Below are positions 1-13,356 of a stretch of 44,936 nt of DNA, in pieces; the first letter of the stretch is position 1, and each line of letters starts with the position of its first letter. Under the pieces are notes generated by a model. The model ran no database searches. It was not told where the DNA came from and saw nothing but the letters and a program-made list of their open reading frames with translations. Both the position numbers and the translations under genes were made by a program. Origin of the DNA: Conidiobolus incongruus B7586 (lineage: Eukaryota); assembly GCA_000697335.1 (NCBI GenBank), contig JNEM01006714.1:1-44936 (forward strand), given 5' to 3'.

Positions 1-204
1 ATTCTTAATATAATTTAAGCAAACTTATTATTCAACATGATAATTATAAAATATATAAATTTAATATTGTAAATAATATCTTAATTGAAAATAACTAGTA
101 AAAAATATAATATCTAATATTTTCTTTAGATTATAACTTATATAACTATAATTAATTTAAAAAATTAAAAAGATAGCTTATATAAAAGAACATTTCAATA
201 AAAA

Positions 205-326
205 ATTTTAATTGGTTTATAAAACATCAAATATTAATCTTTAATAAAAAAAACTGTTTTCTAGGTATTAAAACTTTATTAAAAATATGGCAAAAAGTTA
301 TTAATAATAAAAGAAATTATTAATTT
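205..326 (+). repeat. Fragment homologous to the decayed transposon at 23624-24865
   Basis: Shares TTATAAAACATCAAAT.TTAATC, TGTTTT.TAGGTATTA and GCAAA.AG.TATTAA.AATAAAAGAAA.TATTAATT with about 24670-24776. Similarity may extend to the window start. Confidence 0.7.
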
Positions 327-368
327 ATTTTTAATTGCAAAAAATTCCCTTTAAAATATAGAGTAATA

Positions 369-3300
369 TTATAAAGTGGTTGATATTGGATGAATCTGAG
401 AAAAAAGCCTAAAGTTTAAAGTATAAATCATTGATGTACTAATTAAAAAATTTAAAATTTACCCTTTTTTTTCAATTTTGTAATAGCTAATATTGGATGA
501 TATGAGCTTTTCAGAAAGTAATAATTCGTTGTTGAAAGTTATAATTATTTGAATTCTGGACCCCCATTCAGATGATTCAAACAGTCTAATTTTAAGTCAG
601 TAAAATATCACTAGAATAAGCTTGCTGTTTACCTATCTAAACATTTCACAAATATCAAAGTGTTACTCTGGTCTAAATACGCAGTAGGATCATCGAAGCA
701 AATGAATTTGCATTCCGAGCTAAAGGTAATAGCCAGGGCAAGTCGGATAAGTAATGAGGCAAGTACTTTTTCACCAGTACTACAAATTCCTCCCATTTCA
801 AGTTCTGCCCCGTTTTTGACCATGAAAACCTATTGCAATATTAGTAAATAGAAATTGTTATAAATTGAAAGATTACTTTATATCTAGGATTAATAGTTGA
901 CTCGTTTTCAGATATATTTTTGATTGTTATAGTTTGGATATCTATTATATGTTTTAGTGTGATAGTTATAGCTAAAATTATATGTAAATACCTGAGATTT
1001 GAGTAAAATATGCCCACATATTATTGAGCAAATCGTTCAAGTCAGAGATCTTTTTGCGACGATATTCAATGATCGATCTATATATGATATAATAAACATC
1101 GAATGAAAATATAAAGAAATAATATTACTCATCGATTTTAAAACACTCTTCTTGAATATTCTTATTGAGGCTCATTTTATCCTATTAATATAGTTAAAAT
1201 TTAATAAAGCTTAAAATTATTATTAGGATTACCTGCAGAATCCTATGTAATCTCTTATAATTATCTATCGAAGAACTATAAAATTTCTCGTATTCCGTTT
1301 GAAGGGGCAGTTTTTGCTGTCCTAAACTAAGTATTTTTCCAACTGCAATATGACGCTAAAATATCAAATATTAATTATTATATCAAAAAGTGGATAATTG
1401 ATTTTTACCTGCGTTTGATTTTGGACCAATTTTCTATTTAACTTTTCAATTTGCATTTTTATTTGAGAGCTATCTAGTTTTCGGAGAGATTCTTTTTTGG
1501 ATAGAATCTCTTGGGTGATTTTGTTCAACTCAGATTTAATTTCTGAGCGCTTTAAATTATTGTGGTAATTGCCCTCAATGTTACCTGTTGATAACATAAA
1601 ATCCAGTTCCTGGATTTGGGCTGTATTAAGGTCACATTGTGTGTTTAGTTGACCTTTTTTTGATTCAATGTCTTCTAAATCGCGTTTGCTTTGCGCTAAT
1701 AAAGTTTGAATCTTGGAATAGTCAAGACTATAAAGAACAAATTAGAATTTAATATTAAATAATGAATTGATATTGTACCTATTATACTGTGCCTTGAGGG
1801 TTTCATATTTAGCTTTTAACTGGCATAACTCATACCATTTTTTTTCGTACTTTTTTTCATTAATTATATTTTTCAAGTTAAGTTGTTCGATCAAGTTATT
1901 TGATTTTTGGATATCAGCAATCAAATTTTCTTGTCGTTCGGAGAGATGTTTGATTCTGGCATCCAAACTATCCACACTTTTTATTGTAGGATCGGTAGGG
2001 TCAATGTTGGTTAACGAAGCCGCATTACTACAATTTTCAAGTCTCATCTTAAAATGATTAGATAATTGAACTATAGATATTACCATGATTAATAAAAACT
2101 TACTTTAGCTAGGCGTACTTGGTCATATTTAAGCTTGGTATCATTTAACCGAACTTTGAGGGTAATTAATTCGTCCATTAATTCCCTCTCATCAAAATAA
2201 AGTTCCATCTAAATATGATATGTTAGTTATTATTATAATTCTAATCAATACTGGATACACTTACACGTGAATTACTCTGAATTTCTTTCTGGTGATCAAT
2301 CAATCCTTGGATTGATTGTCCAAAATTTTCAATAGAAAGTTCTTCATCGATTTCCAAGCCATCAGTTGAATCTTGAATAAGCTGATTCAATTGATTTTGT
2401 AAGTTATTAAATTTCTATATAATATTTAATATAAATAAATTTTATTCAAATAGTTCAACTTACTTCTAATTTATGTTCATAATCTGACCGTTGTAATAAA
2501 GCTATTTTGTATTCCTTATCTAAATCAGATTTCTTTTTTTCAATTTGTGAACCATCTCTTTGAAGGTTTTGGATTTGTAATTTAATAATTTCTTGAAAAT
2601 CTTCGTAAGAGTTGAAGTCAGTAAATCTCTCTCTTTCGAATTCTAAATTAAAATACATAATTGAAGATAAGAAAATATGTAGGGTTTATTTACTAACCAG
2701 CCAATATAGTCGAGTCCGTCTGAACCAAGCTCATTTTAGTGTCTATTTTTTCTCTGAAAAGTTCTAAAACTTTTATTTCTTTTTGCAAATTTTCGGCTTT
2801 GTCGTTCTTAGCGGTTAAATTTTTTATTTGTTCACTTAGCTGTTCGATTTGAGCAATAAAGCTTTCGACCTTTGTTTCTTGTTCTTTAGATTCGTCTTCA
2901 ATGTTTCTTATTCGTTTTTTCAACTAATATCAAAAATTGGAATTAGTTGAATAAAATTATACAATAATGCTACTCTTACCTCTTCTGCCTTTTGATATTC
3001 AGGATATAAGGTATTCACATTGGTTTCATAGGATTTCGTATCTACTACCTCTTTAAGCAACATAATTTTTGAAAACTCAAAATTTTTAATTTCACTATAA
3101 AAGATGTGAGAATCACAATAAAATAGAATAAAAAATAATAAGCTTACTCTTCGGAAGTAATAATTTTGTTAAGTATTGAATTGAAATATCTACAAAATGG
3201 CCTATAATAACAATTTAAAATCATTGTATGATGATAATATTATGAATTATTTTACCAATCATCGACTTTACGGTTACAAAATAAAACATAATTAAATATC

Positions 3301-3909
3301 AGGTGAGGAATATTTAAATGTTTTTGGCTTTGTGGTTCTAAATGTTGAAAATTTTGAAGCTCTTCAGATGTCTAAATACAGAATAAATTAATAAGAGGTT
3401 AAACTTATAATATTCAGGTGATAATTACGTTATTAGTGTTTTTAAAGATTAATGAAGACTTCAGAGTTCGAAATCTAACTCCTTCATCTTTTACTACGGA
3501 CCTCATTGATTTCGTTCGAATGGTAGTACTACCATCAATTTTCTCAAAAATTAATTTGGCTTCTGCATTTACTATTGATTTTTTAATTAACTAATAAATG
3601 ATTAGTTAAAAAATTATTAAATAAGAATCACAAATTTACCGCTGGATGATATAAGAAAGTTGCTCCATTATATCCAAGAGAATAATTGTCATGTATCATG
3701 AATTTTATCAATTCAATAATGGACTAAAATGAAAAGAATAAAATTAGAAAAGTTATACCATTTGATTAATCAAAAATTATATTTACCGATTTTCCCGAGC
3801 CATTACTACCAACAATAATGTTTAAATTGGGGTTTAATTCTAATTTAGTTGAAATTTCTGGATCAAAACATTTGATTCCAGTGAAGGAGAGTTTTTGGAT
3901 TTTGCTCAT
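369..3909 (-). CDS. Rad50-like SMC/ABC ATPase-fold protein, 19 exons, about 870 aa, divergent and probably catalytically impaired
   Basis: Manual splicing of 18 GT-AG introns gives a continuous frame from ATG 3909 to TAA 369. N-terminus MSKIQKLSFTGIKCFDP...IVGSNGSGKS (Walker A), then YVLFCNRKVDDWP and long coiled coils. C-terminus MGGICSTGEKVLASLLIRLALA...FDDPTAYLD...IQIIITFN resembles Rad50 [22 protein letters not shown]...LDEPTTNLD...ITHD. Confidence 0.88.
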
Positions 3910-6900
3910 GGAAAACTAATATTATGTGTAAAAGTTAGGCTTATAATAAAAAATAAGTTGGGATTATTTGAAGTTAAAACAGAATTTTTAATAGTTTCTC
4001 AGTTATAGTTTAATCTTAATTTATATATCAAAAAAACTATGATTTACAGTTTACAGTTGAGCAAATGATTACACTATAGAAATTAATAATGCAAGATGAT
4101 AAACTTAGATTGAAAATTTAATATTCGTCTCACTCAATTCATCTAATCAATTGACGAAATTGGTTTAGTAGCTAACAAATGATTAATAAATTGTACATTA
4201 TCTATAAATTGTTATCTATGTTATCTTTCTAAAATCAATTAAATATTAATGAAAAGACTTATATATTTGAATATCATTATTAAATGATAAAAATATTGAT
4301 AAATAGATATATTGGGGATTTTAATCATTATAGCTAATTTATCTTTTGAAAATCAAGGGTTAAAATTAAATTAAATTAAATTTAGTTCAATATTAAAAGT
4401 CCATTGGAAATTAGACTCATGTTAGTACAATTTTAATACTGTATATAACATAAATATTTCGCATTTATATAATCAATGGTGGCTAAGCTATGTTTTATCA
4501 GATTTTCTTAAAACAATTTATTCTATCTCTTTGTCGCTAAAATATATATGTCTAAATTGGATATCAAACTTCACCTACTACAATAACATGATATCAATAA
4601 TCAACTAAAACTATCAAATAAAAAATAAAAAAATTGTGCAATTATCACATGTTGTATCATTATAAACACAATTACACTATTAATAAATGTATATCATTTA
4701 GTTTGAATAAGATCTTTGTGCATTTTCAGTTATAATTGAAATTTAATAATTGGTTGGTACATAATGAATAAGGGCTATTGATATTAAATATTATTAACAT
4801 ATTTTAATTTAGAGTAAATATCATTATTATCGATAAATTGCTATTTGGGATTATCTATGATAACTTATGTAAGCTCTTTAGATTTGAATTATAATTGTAT
4901 TTCTTTCACTATATTAGGATACTTTGTAAAATTATTACTTATAAATAAATTGTTCTACTATAACTACAAGGCACTTTGTTAAATATTATAATAATTGAAT
5001 TAAATTATAAATGAATAACTATTAAAACTTATTACTATTATTTGATAGTATTTAATTTGAATTAATATTTCAAATTATATCTTAAACAGTATATTTCAAT
5101 TAAATTAATTAATATTACCTTTGTTCTTATGAATTAATAAAATATCAATTGATGATTATATAAATAATAAAAATAATTTAAAAATCTAATTTTCATTCAA
5201 TTTTAAATTATATTCATACTCACATTAAAGAATAGAATAATTAAGCTCAAATAATCTCAGCTCTTTTGGAATTAATAATTATTCAGGATAAAGGTTGCTT
5301 TCACTCTGTTTTAATTATAAAAACTATTATAAAAATCAATTAAAGATTTTTTTTAAAATACAAAAGTGATAACTTAACTTTCTCGTCGTTCAATAATTTT
5401 AATAATATGGTTATATTCGAAATAATTAAAATTATTGTTTACTATAAATTGAACTTTTAATATATTTTACCTTCAAATCATTGAAGGTTGAAAATTATAG
5501 TTGTCTTATAAAAATTTGATTATATATACCTTTGTTAACACATTTCCAAGTTTAATATACACGATAACACCTATTAGTAAAACTATTTAAATAATATATA
5601 TACCTCTAATAAATATCTAGATTAATTATATCTCTTCATCATTCAGTTTACTTGTCTTTTATTCTCTACGTGAATTTTAGATTTACAATATTACCAAAAA
5701 TTTAAAAAGATTAAAATTTAATTACAAGGTAACTAATTCATATTATTTTAAATATTTGGTATTGTTTGTATCATATCAGTATTTAATCTTATTTGTGTTC
5801 ATATTATTTTATAAGTTTTTTATATAATATTGATTATGTAATATAATTATATCATTTTAAAGTTAAAAAACTAAACTTGAAAAATATTCTTATAATTGAT
5901 ATAAACTTTGATTGAACTTTTTCATTAATATTAAAAAGGTAAGAGAAGTTTAAGACCGTTGATAGGTAATAATGTATTTGTTAAACACAATCTAATTTGG
6001 TTATAAATTACTAAATATGTACGAGGTAAAACCTTATATACACCTGATATTATAAAGCATTAAAATTCGTTAATTTTGTTGATTTTATTTTCTTTTTCTC
6101 ACAACTTTTTTATATATCTTATTCCAGAAATTATATTCTCCTCAACTATTTGTATATTGATTTTAACCAATAGTTTGTATGTTTGATATAGAATTAAACT
6201 TACTTAGTTTTATTGGCTGGTAAATATTTCGAACTCATTCACACTGATTAAACCTTATAAAAAACTATAGTTCACACACCACATTATATTGTTTAACATG
6301 AACATTGTAATTTATACTTTTATCAAACATACTATAATAACTACTCTAGGCCATATTTTAAAAAGATTTCAAGATTTCTATTATATTATAGCGATTGATT
6401 TATTCAATAAACTTTACAATTTAACTGATATATTAACAACATAATAATTTCTAATTTTGCTATAACATTATCTATGAAAATGAAATATCACAATAGCATT
6501 ATTAAAGAATTATTGTTGAATCTTTAATAATAATTATTAATATTGTCAATTATTTTTTAGTAATAAAACTAATGTTTAATAATCTTTTATCAGAACAGAA
6601 TAAGTTTGATAGATTGTATTATATTAATCTTGATAACTTGAATAAAAATCAATATCCATAATCAATCAAATTCAAGCGTTACTCTATTCTTAATTATTAT
6701 ATTTGTGTAAAAACTAGTAGTTAACAAAACTCGAATGAGTTGGCAAACTGCCATTACCTATTACATATTTTTGAATAAGTTCAAATATTGTTTAGATTAG
6801 AATAAAATAAAATTTATAATGTTTATTTCATTTTAAATTTTAATTTTATCTATTATTTTTTTAGATTTTGTAACGAAAAGAAATATCTTTACTTTGCTTT

Positions 6901-7200
6901 GTATCCAAATAATATTTGACAGAGTAGTACATTTCTACATTGAGTACTTAAATTATAATCATTCAATTAACTCATATATTTTTCTATCAATAAACACATT
7001 CTAATAAGTATTTAAGCTTAAATTTAATTCATCAAATATATCAATATACCAGTTCAGTTATATTAGAAAGTATTTATTTGTGTAACATAAATTTTAATTT
7101 TTGAATGATTTAGTAATAATACTGTTTCAATATTATTATTAATATGTAATTAATACCATTATTTAAAGAAGCAATAATAAATTGATAAGTTGATTAAATT

Positions 7201-7635
7201 TGTCGGGGGTTAACGCTGACAACAATGGGTTTTACGAGCTTAAACGGGGAATCGCCAGTGGTAAACGATAAATTACCACGGAATTAAGGGAAATTATTGG
7301 GGTTCACCAAAGTAGGTGAAAATGATTTGTTATGAATCAGGTTCTTCGAATAAAGTAAATATCTCACGCTCGTCACGACTCAACACTTTTGTGAGGGTTA
7401 CGAGAAAAACTTAGAGACTGTATACTTTTGAAAATGAAGATAGAAGATATGTTTATTAGTTTGCTTATGATAATCTTATATTAGGTTCCATTGTTGATTT
7501 TTGTGGACATGAATGACTTATGGGCAGAAAGTAATAGGATCAACTAGTTCATGGGATGTGATATCTCCAATGTGACTTCTCGAATCCTGCGGTAATTGGA
7601 GTTTCTTGAGTAATTGACAGGATTATTCTCCATCA
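7201..7635 (-). mobile_element. Probable solo LTR
   Basis: 435-nt non-coding island richer in GC than its flanks, bounded by TG (7201) and CA (7635) with AATT on both sides. The minus strand carries CCCATAA, then TATAAG, then AATAAA. Confidence 0.5.
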
Positions 7636-10600
7636 AATTATATTAAAATAAATTTAAATAACTTAATTTACTTATTTGATATAACTAATTTCTTAATTAA
7701 TATATTAATTGAAAATAATTCAATAAAATATTAAATATTATTTTTAATTTTTATTTTCAATAATACTAATCAATTATAATATGAAATCATATTCTTGATA
7801 GGGTATTGTGAAATTTTTAATTTTATTTAATTTGGATTGATTTAAGAATTATAAAATAATAACTTAATATAATATCATTATACTAGTATATTATTACGAT
7901 TATAAAAGATAATATAATTCAAATATGTATTTCTTTTAAAAAACTCAATAACACAAAACGATATACGTATATATCAAGTAATTTATAATCATTAACTAAT
8001 TATTATGATTTTGGAATAGTATTTGCTATGCTGATTCGTGATGTTATTATTGAAATAGTATAAACAATTTATAATATATACTATTAAATTTCTTGTCATT
8101 ATATATTACAAGTGGAATTCTTATCATATGTCCTTATTCATACTCATTATCTTATTATAATTGAGCTATTTTATTATTTAGATTTTATAAATTTGAAAAT
8201 TTTATTTTGCAACTCAATTGAAGCAATATAATTATTGACAGTTTTAATTTTCAATAACTTAGTATTAAATTTACTAGTAAAAATTATAATCATCCTTATA
8301 AAAATAGATATAATATCTTCACTAATTGTTTATATTATAATTTAATAATTTTAATTTATATTTATAACTTTAAGACTTTTAAAAAGAGTATGAATTCATT
8401 AATTTAAATATAATCTCGAATTCAGTGTTTTTAAATAATTGATGCAGAGAATCAATAATTTATTCTTTGACAATATGAAATCTTATAAATTTTGTGAATT
8501 TTCAATGATAAAATTATTATAATCCCATCCTAATGATATTTCTAATTTATTCTAGTGAAATATATACCTAACATATATGATTAAGACATATGATTTAATC
8601 CATGAATAATTTTAATTCAATTGAATAATTAGTTTAAAATTATACTGACAATAATTATTATAACAGTTGAATAAATCGCAATTGCAATACAATTAATGAT
8701 TTGATAGTTAATTAATATCACTTGATTGGCTGAATTTATAATTCTTTTCATTTAGTCCTTTTAAATATTTCACTGCTTTCTATATTCTCAAAAAGAAAAC
8801 TATTATATAGAATTATATTGAATTTTAGTATTAAGCTATTAGTAGTAGAAATATAATTAAACAAAGTATTAAATATTTGTAAGAATGTATTTTAATAAGT
8901 TTATAGTATAAATATTGAATTATGAGAAATTCAAATTATAAATATATTTTTAAAATTAATCATTTTAATTTGGTATGTTTGTAATTAAATTATATTTATT
9001 TTAACGATTAAAAATTCCTAAATAAATTGAATGATATTAATAATTTAATCAGATGAAATTCATGTAATATTGAGTTTTACCAAGTGATTAATAGCAATTG
9101 TTATTTTTGATATGATGATATTTTATAACTTGAATTTTTATTTTATACATAATTATAAAGAATTGATACTATACATTATATGATTAATTTTTGAATCAAA
9201 TGACCAATAAGCTGTATTATTGAGTATCATTCAATCGAAATATTATTAAATTCATAAAATCTAAACTTTAAATTATGTTATATCATTAATAATTAGCATA
9301 TTTTTTACGATTGGTAAGCTTCAGTACTGATATCTCTTAACACATAAAATTCACCAGAATTAAATAGATGTTTTATTCATAAATAAAATTAGAATACTGA
9401 TGTAAATTTCATTTTGAATACAAATAAAATATATTTTGTATTACAAAGCTTAATCTCTAGATGTATTACTGAATCAATGAAAATTTAAGAACACATTTAA
9501 CTTTTGGTATCGAATATCCAAAAATTATAGATGTAATCATATAAAAAGTCAGCTAATAGCATATTGATATTGCAAATTTATATATCTTTACATTTTTAAA
9601 TTTATAATCAATTTCATATTATCAATATTCATATGAAAGATATTATTAACTATATATAATATTCAGTATTCCTTTATTATTTCTTAACAAATTTAATTAA
9701 ACTTACAATATATATTTTTGGAATCTCAATAGTTAGTAAACATAATTAGTTTATTTTAACCTTGGCTAATATATTCGTGAAAATAATAGCTTTGTCCATT
9801 CAATAAAATTATACTGTTATATTCTTCATTTCAATTAATTATATACCTGAGTATATATTAATTAATAATATTTTAATAAAATCAGTAATTGTTCAAAGAC
9901 TTTTTGTTTTATTTTTCTCTATGGTTTTTTTTGAAAAAGTTTGAATAATAAGATTATATAATTTTAGCTTAAATTGATATTACCTGAATTAATAAAATTT
10001 GATTTCAATATTGGTTTAGTATTTATTTTATTATATGGTATTCAATATAATCTGAGAACCCTAGAGCGCATTTTAACTTATAAAACGATTATTATTGTGT
10101 ATCTGATCCTTATAAATATGAAATATATATAATTTGGAATGAATATAGAAGTAGATTAAAAACATTGAATATTTTATAATTTACAGTTAGTATATATTGT
10201 AAAAATATCAAAATCAATTAATTTATTACAATTAACACAATATTAGTGTATTCTCAAATTTCATTTTGATATGATAAATTTCAGTTAATTGAAGATGTGA
10301 TAAATTAGAAGCTTGATGGTTTTAAAGGTAATTGGATATTTATTGAATAGTAATAATTTATGTGTTTATCATAACCACGAATTTATAAACCTATTCTTTA
10401 GTTCAATTTTTGATAAAATTATAAAAATATAGCTATATACTGTATAAGAATCTTTAATGATTTAATATAATTTACAGAAAACAAAATATAACAATTAATT
10501 ATTATCGTAATAATAGTTGAATTTAGTGTTAATTTGAATATTTGTAATGAATATAAAATTAAACTTATATATGATTAACTATAATAAAAACAAATTGTTT

Positions 10601-11590
10601 CCTAGTAAATGAATATTTCATTCTTAATACTAATTTTATGGTTTTATTGATGAATTAAAACACAGCATAATACAGCATTCATTTATTATTCAAAATATAT
10701 ATTTTAAGTGAAGAGGTAAGCATGTGGTATTAAAATTGAACTATTAGATATCTCTATAGAATTATTAATTATATTTGATTAATTCGGATGAACTTTTATT
10801 TAAGATATTAATAATTTTTCTATATCTTATAGATGTTAGTTCAAATATTAAATTTTGAAAAAAAATATAACAAAATTGAATTGATAATTTTTGTATATCA
10901 TCGCCATAGTAAATAAATTATTCTTATTTGTATTAAATATAACTCACATCACTAATATTTTATATTTATTCATAGTTAAAAAAATGATCAAAAAATAAAT
11001 TTTGGTTAAGTATATAAATATAAAATTAATAAATTATTTAATAAAATATTAATAGCCATAATTATTTAGTAAAATTATAGAGTATTTATGATTATGTTTA
11101 ATCAATGTAAAATAATTTAAAAAATTGTATAATTTATATTCAATTACTTTTATGCACAAATATTTATATATACATTAAGATGATTGTTAAGTTAAAATAA
11201 ATTACGTTCAATTGATAGTTAAAGAAATAAAATCATATATTATCAAATTACTATATAATCTTTATATTTAAAAATATTTTTATTTTCTTTATTAAATTTA
11301 ATATTTCTATAAATAATGGTGTATAATTATTATATTAATGTTTAATATGATTTAGAAATTTTATATTGAGTATTTAGAATTTGGGAATTTTATAATCAAA
11401 ATTAAAGAATCCCACAATTTAATAAAAACGAATTGAAAATTTGAGTATGAAAGTGAACTTAACAAATTTTAAACCCTCTCTTATTTTTCGGTTGTTAAAT
11501 AAAAAGTCAGTATTTAACTATGAAAATTCACTAATTAAAATCCTCTTTTATTCTCAGTTCACTCACCTGATTATTTTAGAATAAGCTAAA

Positions 11591-11851
11591 ATGGAAAACA
11601 GCGAAGGACAAATTGTTGACTTGTACATTCCCCGTAAATGTTCCGCCACCAACCGTTTGATCACTGCTAAGGATCACTCTTCCGTTCAAATCGTCATCCC
11701 CAACGTTGACGAAAACGGTGTCATCACCTCCGAATCTGTCACTTACGCTCTTTCCGGTTTCGTCCGTGCTCTTGGTGAAGCCGACGATTCTCTCAACCGC
11801 TTGGCTACTGAAGATGGTTACCTCAAGATCACCTACTCTTCCCGCAGATAA
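11591..11851 (+). CDS. RPS21: 40S ribosomal protein S21 (eS21), intronless
   Basis: [34 protein letters not shown] signature; strong codon bias typical of highly expressed genes. Confidence 0.98.
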   Translation: MENSEGQIVDLYIPRKCSATNRLITAKDHSSVQIVIPNVDENGVITSESVTYALSGFVRALGEADDSLNRLATEDGYLKITYSSRR

Positions 11852-12966
11852 GTTTTTTAATTAAGTAAAACTGTCTCAACCTTTAGGGGTCTGCTGTAAT
11901 TATAGGTGTTTTGGAATAAATCCTAATTGTCTTTCGGACCTTGATAAGAGAACATTATAAACCAAATATTTTAATCGGACTTGATTTAATAAGTATAGAT
12001 CCTTGGATTCTTGGTAATTTAAGTCGCTTTATATTATTCTATTCTTCTTACCTTGATCTATATATTTGAAATCGGTTAACTACTATATGTAACTCTTGTT
12101 TAATCTGATCAAATAGTTTTATCTCTTTATTAACCCTTATTTACATTCAACTTACTGATTAACCCAATAACTAGATTGTTGTTTTTAGATCTCATTCATT
12201 TAAATCAATTATTTTTTCCCAATAGCTTTATATTTTAGTGAAAAATTATTGAATTTTGTAAAATTTTTCTACAAAGTGCTTCCGTCATTATTACTCTTAT
12301 ACAACCTTCTCTTGACTTAATCAAAATTCTTAAATTTTCTGTTAGCTTTATTCCTAATCCTATTCTCTATCTCCCTTCGTACTCAAAATATGTAATTGTT
12401 TTCTCTTCTTATAAAACCTCGATACAATACAAAATATTTCCTTGGCATATAACATTAAATTTAAAATATACACAATTTAATATTTATATTTATCATTTAT
12501 AAAATTAATATTTCTAAACTTGAACTTTATTTTAGAGTTATTTAATATAATTAATGGCTGTTTTATTATTATTATTATTACTATTTTGAATATGATAAAA
12601 ACTCCAATATCAATATATCAAAGTATGCATCTATATAAAATATTGTTAATATGCAATATCTTATCAGTGCATCTATTTCAATAATTTATCATATAAGATT
12701 AAGGATAGCATAAAATAATCTTTATAAATTAGATAATGTGGATTTTGTATATTCAATTATTTTTTAAATGTGCACATATATATATTAATCATTTTAACCA
12801 GATTTTTTTTTATCTAGTTAAGTATAAATAATCAAAATTAATTTTCAATTCAAATCCCATAACTAATAATTTAAATGAAATTTAAATCATTATTATATAA
12901 AATTAAAAATCAAGTCTAAAATATATATATATATATATTCTAAATATCAATTAAAAAATTTAAATT

Positions 12967-13356
12967 ATGTATTATAAAATATTACTTAGATCATCTAAAT
13001 TAATTACTCAAAACATTTTGAAACGTCAATTGGTTTCCTTTCCCTCTATTTTAGGTAGCCAATTTCAAACTAGAAATTATATCGATCATGCCAATTTATT
13101 GAAAAACCAAAAGTTGATGCCTATGCTTAAAGAATTGATGAAGCATCCTAACGTTATCGCCAAATTACAAGAATTGAGTCAAGTTCTTCAAGCTGAAGGT
13201 TTTGATATGCAGACACTAAGTGGCAATAAGGCCGTACTTATGGTTAAACTTATGGCAAATACTAATGTTAGAAATAAGTTAAAAGAACTTAAGGATGAAA
13301 TTGACAAGAGTGGTATTAACTTGAATGTTGAAGATATGGCTAAGTTAATTAAATAG
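12967..13356 (+). CDS. Hypothetical 129-aa protein with predicted mitochondrial presequence
   Basis: Clean ORF with a basic, acid-free N-terminus (MYYKILLRSSKLITQNILKRQLVSF...) and a helical body; upstream CCCATAA motif as in neighbouring genes. Confidence 0.7.
   Translation: MYYKILLRSSKLITQNILKRQLVSFPSILGSQFQTRNYIDHANLLKNQKLMPMLKELMKHPNVIAKLQELSQVLQAEGFDMQTLSGNKAVLMVKLMANTNVRNKLKELKDEIDKSGINLNVEDMAKLIK

Noticed and set aside
7294..7312. TGGTGAACCCC as a retroelement primer-binding site
   Set aside because: Only 6 nt complementary to the local tRNA-Val 3' end and not adjacent to a clear LTR boundary.
7390..7405. TAACCCT on the minus strand as a telomerase RNA template
   Set aside because: Too short and lacks the 1.5-repeat template; no other supporting elements seen.
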